Shown one piece after another: positions 51,780-63,680 of a stretch of DNA of 64,000 nucleotides. The translations under genes and the position numbers were made by a program. The DNA is taken from NCBI GenBank assembly GCA_964252035.1, contig OZ176200.1; one strand, 5' to 3'. Origin of the DNA: Podarcis erhardii (Eukaryota). Position 1 is the first letter of the stretch. Every line of letters starts with the position of its first letter. The notes beneath the pieces are model-generated. The model searched no databases. It worked only from the letters and a program-made list of their open reading frames with translations, and was not told where the DNA came from.

Positions 51780-53749
51780 CTGTAGGAAAAAAAAAAGTTA
51801 AAACTTACATGATGTATTACATGCTAACTTAAGCAAATTCAACTATAGGAGCTTGGTAGCAGTTACTGTTTTATAGACAGAAATCACTCTTGGAACGTAA
51901 AATATTAACAAGACAGCATCTCCCTCTCTCACACACTCTCGTCCCACTGAGGACTTAAACCCAGTACTACATTATGACATTGTCCTGTAATGCCTACCCC
52001 CTGGTAAACAACCACCAACCTTATTTTGCCACCACAACCAGTGAGTAACATATCACAGCTTTGCAAAATGAAGTAATGGTAGTGAAGAACAAGGGATGAT
52101 GAGGCTTTTCCATTTTAAAGAAGTTAGGATCCTATGTGCAACTTTAAGAATCCACCCCAGCCTTTTTCCTCTGCCTGCCTGTATTTCTTTCTGCCTCCCC
52201 CTCCCAACTTTGGTAGGTCACTCACACGTGGAGAAGTGAAGAGAGGTAGTGGAGCAATGGAGGTGTCCCTGCAAGCCCTCTCCCACTTGTCAGCCAGTAG
52301 GAAAGCCCCCTTGCCAGCCAACAGCCAATGAGAAAATACAGAGACTGAGGAAGGCACTACAAACAAGGTAATACTAGGAATTTGATAAGGTAGTTTTTGC
52401 TTTGAAACCTAACCCCTGCTTAAGAAGCAACTCTGCTATGTGGGTGGTGACCATTTTAGGCACATCCAATTGACACACGATCGCCGATGAGTGTGTGTGG
52501 TGTGGTGTAATGGAGCGCACTTATCTGTGCTCCACCAATGTGTGCAAGGGCTGGGAACGGACCCTCTGCACGAAATGGTTGCTGCCTGTATATAAAGCTA
52601 CACATCACACTATCAAAGCAGCCCCTACTAGTCATGTTTTTGATAGCGCTTCCAATATGATTTTCAAATGTCTGCTACGACATGCCTCATTCTCCTGGAT
52701 GCTAAAAAGGAGCTATGAGAAAGATGAAACCGACACTAAACATGGCTAGATAATGCAATTCGTTAACAGGCGCTTGGTGAACCATATTATTGTTCTGCCA
52801 ACCGCTAAACTTGGAAAATCTTCAAAGGACTGTTTCAAAAGATTGAACCAATTAATCTTGAAATTGAAATCCTATGAATTGCTCTCTGTTATTCCAATTA
52901 ATTACTGTGAAGGTGATGCAACAGTATAGCAACACTATGTTAGTCAAGTGAGAGGTGATGAAATTTTTTTTAATGACAATTTGACCTAACCAGAAAAAGC
53001 CTTTAGATTTATACTATAAATATGCCATAGCTAAACAAATTTCCTGAGGGAGCCTTGTCCTTAAATGTTCAGCAGCACAATAGGGTGACAAGGCTCATGA
53101 CTTCATCAGGCCTTTCACATCACCTCACATTATTTCAAGAATCCTTCAATACAGGACTATCTGCTTGGGTAAGTTGTCACATAATAAAATTTGATTTATT
53201 TTGTTTTTTTAACAGGGCGTAAGGGGCTGGGGGCGGGGGGTGTAAGAGAATGGAGAAGTCATTTTGTGTGCCACTTTTGTTTTGCCACTTATCTTTTAGC
53301 ATTTGCTGCTTTAAGCATAGCTCTGATGCTGTAAAAATATTCCCTGGGTCCCTGAAGCTGCTATTCAGGTGTTTTAGGGAGCTTTACTTATTCTGATTGC
53401 ATTAAAACTGAATTATGAAGACATAACATATAGTTTAGCACTAGACATGCCTCTTGTCTTCTCCACCTCTGATACAGCTTCAAGACTATGGCAGAATCCA
53501 GTACCTTTTAAAATTAACCACAGTTTGTTGTTACATTTGATAAGAAAAACTGTAGTTTATTTAAACTATTGTTTACTTAATCTTTAAAGTTTACTGTTTT
53601 ACCATTCAAGAGTGGGCTATTGTAAGCAATGTGCACAATAGGTTACTTAGAATGACCCTTGAGGCTGTTGTACTGCCAACAGCCCTAAGCAGCATGGCTA
53701 TTTGTCAGTGATGATGGGAGTTGCACTCTACCATCCCTGCACTAGAATA

Positions 53750-54176
53750 ACAAAGTATAGCTTAGTGAGAAGGGAGAGTCTGTGACAGAAAGAAGTCCAG
53801 AATCAGGAGGAGAGGAGGGAGGCCAAGAGGTAGAGATGAGTCAGGCTGTTGAAGAAGCCAGGGTGCCTCCCTGTCCTGCTACTACAAGTTCTCCTCCCCT
53901 GGGTCTCCCAGGACCAGAAGACATATGAAGAGAGAGCAGCAGTGACAGGCATGTCAGCATAGTCTCAGAATGCTTGGGAAGGACCTGGGAGAGATGATTT
54001 AGGCAGCTGTGGGAAGGCAGGGACTTTCAGCCTCTACAACTGCCTCACAGGGACAAGATCTACTGAGAAGAATTGCTGTGCTCATCAGGCCTAGCGCTCC
54101 TGAACAGACATTTCTGCTAATAAAGAGTTAACTTCACTTACTCTGGGTGCTCTATTCCCGACAACTGCTCCTGACA
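53750..54176 (+). mobile_element. Probable solo LTR (Gypsy-like), 5' end unclear
   Basis: Purine-rich U3-like start, AATAAA at 54119-54124 followed by gagttaacttcac, ends ...cctgaCA. Confidence 0.45.
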
Positions 54177-54363
54177 TTAAGTAGGAAATAAATCACACAC
54201 TCCTGTACCTTATAATAAGAATAAGCCATTAACATAACCCCCCCATAACAACATCGCTGGAAAATTATTCAAACAGGGGAAAAATATGCATTGTATGTTA
54301 GGTTAAAAATAAAATACAGTTAGTCAACGGTTTAAAATCACAAAATATAGATTTAATAATTAC

Positions 54364-54444
54364 CGGTCCTGTAGGCTGCATGGGAGCATGAGACATATGG
54401 GGTGCCATCATCCCAGGCATCACTGATTGCATCATTCCAGGCAT
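54364..54444 (-). CDS. PRPF40A: PRPF40A exon (MPGMMQSVMPGMMAPHMSHAPMQPTGP)
   Basis: ttgtag acceptor, CCG|gtaatt donor, 81 nt. Confidence 0.93.
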
Positions 54445-57400
54445 CTACAATAAAAGTATCATTATAGTACGTGTTTACAAGTTAATACAAATTGCTACAT
54501 ATGTAACTTTTTATGCTAATAAAAATAGTGTTTGATCCTGCTCAAACATAAATAAATTGGGGCATAACAAAGAAATATAACTATGTAAAGTGCTTTATAC
54601 TCCTAACAAAATATTTATCCAATAGCTTAATGGTTTTCCAGGTATAAAATTTTAAGGTCTTACGTGATCAGAGGAATTTCTGTGGGCATGGGATTTTTAG
54701 TTAGAGGGCCAACAAATAAGGGCAAGATTTTTCAGCTACTCATAGTGGTCTGTCAAATGGGTACCCAAAGCAAAAGATAAAGGAAGTGAAGTTTCAGGGT
54801 GGAGGGGAAAGCAGAAAGGTTCTCTCAAGAATACAGGGCTCCCAAAACTCAGTGTTTTAATATTAAATAACCCAAAATATTAGCACTATTCATGAAACAC
54901 TGTAGGAATGGGGCCCAAATCAATTAAGCATCTAATTCCAGTTCCCAAACCCAATCCATGTGACTTATGTAAACTCTAATAATCTTGAGGGCTCATTTAC
55001 CTCATCTATGAACAGAGGATAATACCTGAAGAACTTGTCTCACAGGGCTGGAGTAAGAGTTATGCTTGCAAAGATGTTCCAAGATGAAGAGTACTATAAA
55101 GTTTAAGAATTATGACTGCAGGGTTCAAAAACATGAACTGTTAAAAAAAGCTGAGAAAAGCATGCAACAGGGATGCAAACTACCGTAGCTGCTTAAAACC
55201 ACATCACTGCCCTTGTTCCTGAAAGCATCATAAATATGCTGAAGGGGGCTATTCTTCACATTGGGACGTTGCAAGGCAACGGTTATGTGGGGGTCTAGCA
55301 AAAGCCATTCAAGGCAGAGACCCAATGCAGTTACTACGAAGAATTAATCTGTTTGTGTATGCACATGATATTTTAACTGGAAATGAATTTTGTAGGAAAG
55401 CTAGAAGTTTTATTTCCGATTTTTTTCATCAGCCCTTATTGGGGGACTGCAACAAGTGGATGACAACAAGAGCAGTGGACTTTACATATGTGTGTAATGT
55501 ATTCAATTGGCCATATTCAGCCAATTTGATTGGCAAGCCCCACAAAAAGTTCTTGGGAAATCACCCCCCACTATAAAGTGACAGTCCCTGGAGGATTGGC
55601 CAAGTGACCCCATTCCCATGTATCTTCAGGGAGCATCAGGTTACTGCTCCCTCTTACCTTCCATCTTGTGTGGAGGGAGAGGTATTTGGTAGGGCTACTG
55701 CTCCACCCTCAATCCACAAGGTTTTCTTGGAAGCGTGAGGAAGAGAAGAAAGAATGGGAGTGGCCCTCCCATTCCCCACCATCCTGTAGAAGCAGGAGAA
55801 GAAAGGAGTCTTGCCCCACTGCTGCTTCCAAATAATTGTGTTCCATGCTAGAGATGCTCCCTAAAAGCTTCTATCCAAGTAGCTTTTGAAACAAAGGATT
55901 TCTTAATTCAGAGATGGCAGATTAATAGCCTCCAAGACACAAGCTGTATGCTTCCCACATTAACAGAACTTGATAAATCCAGTTTGTTCTGATCCTGGTG
56001 AGCCACAAAAACTCAATGTTTATCCAATATATGATGGGCCACAATACATGGTTATAAAGCCTGTTAACTGTGTGTTTAACAGCCCTGCTTTAACTACTTT
56101 GGGGCAACATAAATTTTATGGGTTATGCACACAATTTTCAAGTTCAGGGTCACTATAAACCAAGGGCAGAAGAAAGTGAATTCTATCATCAGTAGGAACA
56201 AGCTGTTATTTAAATTAAGGGAAAAGGTCCAATGGAATATGACAAAATACTGTGGGTACATTCCCAGTGGAACTATGGGTATTTGCCCCCAAAAGCAACA
56301 AGGAGAGAGGTTCTAAACAAACAGATAAAAGTTCATGGGAGGGCAGACATGGGAGTCTAAACAGATGGATAGCCACACTTAAGATACAAAACTCCTATAT
56401 TCTGGATACCAAACCACATTCTGACCTACTTAAAAACAATTCTTGTTTCTAATAATTTACCTCTAAAATACACACCGGAAGATAGAAATTTTACTGACAC
56501 TATTAACCAAGGGAAAGTTGATCAGCAAAGCTTCACTGGAGAATACAAAGCTTTTGTAGTAAAAATCACTGTTGAAAGTGAGCAATTACAGAAAATAACA
56601 CTCACTGCCCAAATTACTTTGCATGTCTTTCCTTCTCCTCTTTAGTTCTTGTTTACGCTACCCTACAAGCATCTGAACTAAAAAGCTGTCACACTGTTCA
56701 TAATCTGGAAGCATGCCACCCACAAATCTGATCTATGAACTGCATGCTAGGACAGGGTTCCCTTTATTCGCCTTCAACTAGGACATCAGGGAAGAAATAT
56801 TTGGAAGCTGCTGGCTTTACTGAAAAGGCATCTGACAGCCGGGGGACGGGGGGCAATCCTAAGCAGAGTAAAGTCTTCTTTAACTATCGTCAGAAGTGGG
56901 ATTTCTCCCAATGATGGAGAAGCAGAGAAGCAAATGCTAGACAGTTTATTCTTTCTGATTCTTCTAGATAACCATGGAAGAGACAAATGAAATGCTACAA
57001 CCTCTACAATTGAGAGAACAGGGAAAGTAAAGCACTGAGAGAAAGGGCTCAACTGCTCACTGGCCATACCTCTCACGGATTCTCAAGGAGAACACAGGAT
57101 ATATGCTCGTCACTGATCATATAAGGGCTAAACCCCTTCACTTCACAGCACAAAGGCCCCATAACTATAAATATTCAGGAACTCCTATAAAAGGCGTTAA
57201 AGTGGTAGGGTTCTGTCTTCTTTTTGACCTACTGGTTACATGAATTAAAATATGTCTCAACTGAGAAGAAGTGATTTGTCTACTTGCAAGACAACTTTCA
57301 ATTCAATGAAGTCAATAATGTGTTTTTTTCCAAAAAGAAAAGAAAAGGTAGTTTAAAAACTGTAGTGATGTGAAGCTCAGAGTAATCAACACCTACTGAG

Positions 57401-57489
57401 TTATGGAAAACCCTAAAATGGATTAAAATTCATGCTTCAAAATGCACCTTTTAAGACGCTATTAACAAAACCAACAAAAACCAACTTAC

Positions 57490-57627
57490 CTGTCCCATTT
57501 GTGGCCCTCCCATAGGGGGCATCATTTGAGGCATCATTCCATGAGAGACTGGAGGCATATTGGGTGGCCTTTGGCCCATAGGATGCATTCCCATGGGAGG
57601 GTAGTGAGGCATACCCGGATGTCCCAT
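57490..57627 (-). CDS. PRPF40A: PRPF40A exon 2 ([22 protein letters not shown]...GPQMGQ)
   Basis: tttcag acceptor, CAG|gtaagt donor, 138 nt; begins with ATG. Confidence 0.95.
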
Positions 57628-58792
57628 CTGAAAAAAACAATATTCGTGACAGATCAAGATTCCAAGATAATAAACACAATGGAAACAACCTCTCTGGGTT
57701 CCAAGTCAGGTCATTTAGGTATTGTTGTCTGCTATAATAAAGTTATGGCCTCACATGTTGTTTGCTTCCATGAAATTCTCGGATTCATCAATATATTTCT
57801 TCTTAAGTTTTCTAATGTGAAAGTAGATTACTCTCAAACTATAATATTCCATTCCACTGGTTTTTAATGCTTTCCAGAGTTTCCACAAAAGCAAACCCCA
57901 AACTTTTGATTCTTTGCAGCATTACCCTATAGAGTAACTTAGAACATTGAGTTATAGAGCTATATAGTTATAGATCTATAGAGTATAGCTTAGAACATTG
58001 TGTGAGATTTAAAAATGCTCTTTCATGAACAGGACTTCCCCAATGTTTGAAAAAGGTTTGTATTTAATATGAAACTGGGTGTAGATGCCCTGATCCAATC
58101 AGGAAAAACTACCACCTCTCCCCACTATCATTCACAGAAGTCTTTATTGTATAAAAATCTCTTTCATTAACAGTAGGATTCCCGTGGATCCAACCAAGTA
58201 TCCTCCCTACCTGCTAGGCTTTTATGAATTTTAATTTCTTTATAATGTTAAAGTATTGTAGAAAGCTTAAACATTGACTCAGTCTCCATAAGAACAGAAA
58301 TAGCAATCTGATTACCAAGAATGTCCTGAAATTTTTATCACATTTAGAGATGTTACTGAAGAACAGCCTTAAGCTCCAATCCTCACTGTATTAATATAAA
58401 GGCCAACTGAAGGATACGCTACCTGCACTTAAGTAGTGCATGGCAAGTCATGATGGATACTCAATGTCTCCTGCATCGAACCACAATTGGATGGGGGCTG
58501 CATGTTTGATAGAACTGCAGTTTTTAACTTCCTAAAGGAACTCAAGCAGTATTGTTTAAAAAACTAAATAGAATTAAATACAACTACTAAAAACAGCATA
58601 TTATTGGATTACTTCCCACATTATGTGTCTAACATGTATACACCTATTTGCCATTCAGGCCATTACCCTGTAATGGGCAAAAAAGAACAACATAAAATAT
58701 GAAACTATCCTGACAATCATGTGCATATTATTTTCAACTTACTGTATTGGCAAGTGAGCACTACCAATTACCTAAATTTATGATACCTCCGT

Positions 58793-59154
58793 GGGACGCG
58801 GGTGGCACTGTGGGTTAAACCACAGAGCCTAGGACCTGCTGATCGAAAGGTCAGCGGTTCGAATCCCCGCAGCGGGGTGAGCTCCCTTCGCTCGGTCCCA
58901 GCTCCTGCCAACCTAGCAGTTCGAAAGCACCCCAAAAAGTGCAAGTAGATAAATAGGGACCGCTCTCCAGCGGGAAGGTAAACGGCGTTTCCGTGTGCTG
59001 CGCTGGTTTGCCAGCTGCGGCTTAGTCACGCTGGCCACGTGACCCGGAAGCTGTCTGCGGACAAGCGCCGGCTCCCGGCCTCTTGAGCGAGATGAGCGCG
59101 TAACCCTAGAGTCGGTCGACTGGACCTGATGGTCAGGGGTACCTTTACCTTACC
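58793..59154 (+). mobile_element. Full-length Sauria SINE (Squam1) with 14-bp TSD
   Basis: GGGACGCGGGTGGCACTGTGG head, GGTTCGAATCC box B, (ACCTTT)n tail; TTTATGATACCTCC at 58777-58790 and 59155-59168. Confidence 0.95.
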
Positions 59155-59945
59155 TTTATGATACCTCCACATACAAGAGGTTCCCTGCTATAGAACTTTA
59201 TCTTCCAACTCCTGGAGCAGTGGGCTATAATGGAGGGGAAGATGAGGCATAGGAGGGGACAAATCTTGCCAGCATGCCCCCACTCCCCTCTCATGATTGT
59301 CTTCAGACACTAAACTGAATACCTGATTGGGCTTGTTCAACCATTCTTCATATGTACAGACTTGCAACTAAAAATTGTGTTAAAAACAGCCATTTTCTAC
59401 CCAAAGCCAAATTTACATAGTACCGTCACCAAACAAAAAGTTACCCTTTTCTCTCATTTTATGAGCACAGATTGCATCCAGCTACTTGAAAAGCACAAGG
59501 TTAAACAAAGTATGAATCTACTTAATACATAACTTGATAAGCAGCTTGCTGGTAACGAAGTAGCCCAAAACTTGAACAAAAGGACTTCGGACATGATGTG
59601 CTTAAGAGATCAAGATAGGACAAGACGTCTGTGCAGAAAAAGCTCCATTATTAGAAACCGATTATGTTAGAAGCATGAAGTTCACTCTTTTTTCTTTTGG
59701 GGGGGGGATGTGTGTAGGGCGTGGGAAACAGAGAAGGGCGATTATGCCGGACTGCAAGTTGCCCCGGACCTATTACAACAACTACCCATCTCCATATTCC
59801 ACTCAGGTTAGACCAGAACCGTACCCTATTCTTCGACTTCAGAGTTTGAGGATCACGCTGAAAGCGCTCAGAATGAACGCGCGACGGGTAACTCCACGCG
59901 GGAGTTAACGCAGCGGGAAAAACAAGTCACAACCATTCCACTCAC

Positions 59946-60365
59946 CATGAGGGGCTCTCGGCCCATACCGCCACCGCCGCCTCCTCCACCGCCGCCGCCG
60001 CCGCCGCCACCTGGTCGCATCGAAGGATTGAGGAGGCTCCCGCCGCCACCGCCGCCGCCGCCACCTCCGCACCTGCCCAGCAGCCTCCCCCGGAGCGGCT
60101 GGCGGGAAGACGGGCCGAAGGGCAGGAGGGGCTCGGGCTCCCCTCGAGGCGGGAGGAGGGGAGCCAAGAGGCTGACGGGCTTCCCGGCCGGCCAATCCGG
60201 GCGGCCTCCCATGCGGCTGCTCTTGGGCGACTGCTCCGAGCCGGGAGCCCCCACGGGCCGCACGCCCTCGCCGGGGTTGAGCTGCATGAGGGGAGGCGGC
60301 TTGGGCAGGGAGAAAGGGAGCGGCTGAGGGGAGGCCGCGGCGGCCGCCGAGTCCCCGCCTGACAT
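59946..60365 (-). CDS. PRPF40A: PRPF40A first coding exon (MSGGDSAAAA...GKPVSLLAPLLPPR...MRPG15MGREPLM)
   Basis: ORF 59868..60365 cut at ATG|gtgagt; contains DWxxGKPVSLLAPL and MRPG segments known from PRPF40A. The initiator used (60365 or a downstream ATG such as 60020) is uncertain. Confidence 0.85.
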
Positions 60366-61170
60366 CGCCTCCCCTGGACCGGGCCCGGCTCCGGCGAGCC
60401 TGCCCTCCCGGCTGCGGGGCGTCTAAGCGGAACCGTTAGAGGAGGAGCGAACGGGAAGAGGAAGGAGGGGCGGGCGGGGGCCGGCGGCGGCCGCCCTGCG
60501 GCCCAATGGGAGAAAAGGGGTTCCGTCGAAAGTCAGGCTCACCGACACGTAAGGAGGAGCGCCCTGCGCGCGCGGCTGGGCCGGAACAAAAAACTCACTC
60601 CAGGCCGGGTTGTGGGGAGAATTGAAGGCCGCCGCCGCCGCCTCCCGCTCTCCCTCCCCTCAGCGGGAGGCAAAGAGCAAAGCGGGGGGCGAAGGGGGAA
60701 AGAAAAAAGAAGCGCGCGTGGGGTCAGGGTTTATCCAACGGAAGGGCCTGAGGAGGATGGAAACTACAGAGTGGGAGCAGAGGGGGACGTGCGCGCAAAG
60801 GACACTGGGAAAATGGGCTCCCGCGAGCCGAGATCGGGGGCGTGGCTACGGAAAGCCAAGAGGTCCCTCAGCTGAACTGGAAGGGCGGGCGGAGGGAGCG
60901 AGACAGCGAAGGCGTTTGGCTTGCTTCCTCGCTCGGTCCCTTTAAGAGGCCCTGAGCAGTTTAATCCGTTGAGCGAGCGAGGCGGTGGGGTGGCAGGTGC
61001 GAGAGAGACAGACAGAAGAGGGCGGGGCTCCCGATGCGTTCTTCCGGCGTGGGCAATTTCTCGGTCCCCCCCTTTTCGCGAGATAGATACCCTTCCGGTT
61101 TAGAGGCAGTCGCGTGGGGGGCGGGGAGGGGAACCGCTTTGCGCGCGAGAACTTCGAAAGCGCCGTTGCC

Positions 61171-61486
61171 ATGGCAGTGCGCTACCGGAACACCGCGGTC
61201 CGTTACGGCCGCGTGGGGCCCCCCGGCACTCCGTGGCCGCCGGAGCGAGGGGAGGTAGCGCGGAACCTCCAGGCGGAGCTTGAGGAGGAGGAGGAAGGCG
61301 GTGGCGGCGGCAAAGGAGAGCTGCTGGGCGGCCTCGGGAGAAGCCCCGTGTCCCGGGCTACCCTGGCCCCGCTGCCGGACGGGGCGGCTCGCCGGTGGCC
61401 GAGCAGAGCCTTCTCCGTGCTGTGCTGCCTCCTGGCCGTGTCCTTGCTGGCTTTCCTGCTGGCCATCGCTTGCCTGGTACTGAGAG
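61171..61486 (+). CDS. ARL6IP6: ARL6IP6 exon 1 (MAVRYRNT...RRWPSRAFSVLCCLLAVSLLAFLLAIACLVLR)
   Basis: Strong Kozak gccATGG; acidic stretch, then RRWP and a TM helix LLAFLLAIA; AG|gtgag donor, 316 nt phase 1; expected synteny. Confidence 0.9.
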
Positions 61487-61569
61487 GTGAGGAGAGGGCG
61501 AGAAGAGGAGGCAGGAGACGCCTCGGTGCATGGGATACCGCTTGCCAGGCCTAGCGCTTTCCCAGCAGC

Positions 61570-61655
61570 CATAGAATCGTAGGGAAGGGACCGTGAGGGT
61601 AATCTAGCCCAACCCCAACCCTGCAATGCAGGAATTTCAAGGAAGGCATCCATAG
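61570..61655 (-). mobile_element. CR1/CR1-SINE 3' tail
   Basis: catagaatcgtagggaagggacc...tctagcccaacccc...ctgcaatgcaggaat. Confidence 0.6.
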
Positions 61656-61661
61656 TGATCC

Positions 61662-62008
61662 GTAAAGGTAAAGGGACCCCTGACCATTAGGTCCAGTCGT
61701 GATGACTCGGGGGTTGTAGTGCTCATCTCACTTTATTGGCCAAGGGAGCCGGCGTACAGCTTCTGGGTCATGTGGCCAGCATGACTAAGCTGCTTCTGGC
61801 GAACCACAGCAGCGCACGGAAACACCGTTTACCTTCCCGCCAGAGTGGTACCTATTTATCTACTTGCACTTTGGCGTGCTTTTGAACTGCTAGGTTGGCA
61901 GGAGCAGGGACTGAGCAACGGGAGCTCACCCCTTCGCGGGGATTCAAACCTCCGACCTTCTGATCGGCAAGTCCTAGGCTCTGTGGTTTAAGCCACAGCG
62001 CCACCCGC
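61662..62008 (-). mobile_element. Sauria SINE (Squam1), reverse orientation
   Basis: Reverse complement of the 58793 copy from gtaaaggtaaagggacccctgacc to cagcgccacccgc; no clear TSD. Confidence 0.93.
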
Positions 62009-62201
62009 ATACTTCTGCTTAAAAACCTGTGGCACACTTTAACAGGCATTTGAATTCTGACTGATTTTTTTATGCAACAAAATGATTGTCTAGTCGTGCA
62101 GCAGAAGAAAAAATGCTTGGGTGTGCTACTTGCCAGAGAACAATTTCTACCCAGAATTGCTTTGCCTTACAACTTTCATTGTTTGCTGTTTCTGCCAACA
62201 G

Positions 62202-62255
62202 ATTTGCGATCTGAAAAAGGGAAGACCGATGAGAATATAGAAACAAGCATTTTAG
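62202..62255 (+). CDS. ARL6IP6: ARL6IP6 exon 2 (DLRSEKGKTDENIETSILG)
   Basis: aacag acceptor, AG|gtaagc donor, 54 nt phase 1-1. Gene continues beyond the window. Confidence 0.88.
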
Positions 62256-62368
62256 GTAAGCTGCTCATGTCGCTTTATTTTGGAATAATGGCTGTTCATT
62301 TTAGGCTTTGTTTATTGGCTAATAGGGCTGGGCGATGTATCAGTATATTGTCCAAAATTGATTTGAAC

Positions 62369-63680
62369 TGAAAGAGGGACACGACAGGGATGCCCCCTAT
62401 CACCACTTTTATTTATAACAGTATTGGAAACATTAATAGCTTTAAGGAAAGATGAAGAAATAATGGGCATAAACCTTGAAACATAGAGTTATAAAGTAAA
62501 AGCATTTGCGGATGATGTAATTATAACAACTGAAACACCAATAGAAAATATTCAGTAAGCATTAATAAAAATGAAAGAATTTGGCGATGTATCAGGATTT
62601 GAATAAAGACAAGTCAAAATTATTAACAAAAAATATGGGGGAGAAAGATAGAAATGAGATAAGAGAGAACAACGGGATTAAAAATAGAAAACAAGGTAAA
62701 TTATTTAGGGGTATGGATTACAAATAAAAACAGGGATTTATTTAATGACAATTATGTTAAAAATGGAAGGAAATCAAAGGGAATATAGAAAAATGGAACA
62801 AATTAAAATTATCATTAGGGGGGAGAGTATCAATGATTAAAATGGTGATATTACAAAAAATCTTATTTTTATTTCAAACTATCCCAATAATAATTGGGAC
62901 AAAGTATTTCATAAGCTGGCAAAGAGACCTTGACAATTTCATATGGCAGGGGAAGAAAGCCAGAATAAAATCAGAAATAATGATGGGATCAAAAGAAAGT
63001 TGGGGATTTGCAGTCCCAGACTTAAGAAGATATTTTGAAGCAGTGTGCTGGAACTGGTTGAAAAAGTGGATATTATTGGCACGGATATCTATTTTATGGG
63101 AAGATACAACTGCATAAAGGATTCATTTAGTAAGAAAGGCCCCATTTGAGGTATGGGAGAGAACGAAAGAGAGAATTACAGAAAAAACCCCATGGTGCAT
63201 CTCTCCACTAGAGGCAACCTCGACACTAAAAAATAATATAAAAACTATCTGGCCAACATATAGATAATTAGCAGAAGAAACAAATGGAAACACTAAATAA
63301 AAAAATTATGAAGAACTCAAAACAATGGGAATAAATTGGCTAGAATATTTCCAATTAAAGGCAACGTATGAGAAAGATATAAAAACTAGGGGATTTGAAA
63401 ACAAAATTTCAAAATTTGAAAGAGGTACTACAAAGTAATCAAAAAAACTTTAAAAAATGTATAGATTGTTACAAAAAGTACCTTCAGATCAAGAGGTACA
63501 AGGAGAGAACATGCTAAAGTGGGAACGGGACCTAGGCTATACAATCGATTTGGAAGACTGGAAATTTTTTTGGGGGGGGGAATATAAACTTTACAGTCTG
63601 CAATTCACTGAGGGAGAACTACATGAAGATCCACAACAGATGGTATTTGGCTCCAGATAGATTATAAAAAATGAATAGAG
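62369..63680 (+). mobile_element. Degenerate L1-clade LINE ORF2 fragment
   Basis: [15 protein letters not shown] at 62373, KVKAFADDV (FADD 62505-62516), KYLG-like and FIWQGKKARI segments; many stops and frameshifts; A-rich. Confidence 0.85.

Larger units (their letters stand above)
59860..61560. promoter_or_regulatory. CpG island / bidirectional promoter PRPF40A-ARL6IP6
   Basis: Sharp rise in GC and CpG; divergent ATGs at 60365 and 61171; CCAAT 60503-60507, GC boxes, ETS-like CCGGAA/TTCCGG, near-palindromic TTTCGCGAGA 61074-61083. Confidence 0.9.

Noticed and set aside
51803-51808. GTAAGT donor consensus on - just upstream of the 31-nt exon acceptor
   Set aside because: Would define an intron of under 30 nt, which is too short; no matching upstream exon is evident.
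52680-53440. Unique-looking intronic sequence in PRPF40A that might hold a poison exon or H/ACA snoRNA
   Set aside because: No strong donor/acceptor pair or hairpin-hinge-hairpin-ACA fold could be established by eye; needs conservation and RNA data.
56760-57200. Compositionally distinct stretch, possibly an LTR or ERV remnant
   Set aside because: No TG...CA ends, TSD, PBS or coding motif that I could identify.
57928-58000. Direct repeat tatagagta..cttagaacattg with TATAG-rich spacer (superficially repeat-spacer-repeat)
   Set aside because: A local tandem duplication/slippage in eukaryotic intron DNA, only two units; not a CRISPR array.
59947-60327. Plus-strand poly-proline ORF resembling a formin FH1
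   Set aside because: It is the reverse complement of the PRPF40A poly-Gly exon; no splice context or FH2 follows.
60961-61653. Longest ORF in the track (230 aa, minus strand)
   Set aside because: Antisense shadow of GC-rich ARL6IP6 exon 1 and the CpG island; stop codons are scarce in such sequence; no recognisable domain.
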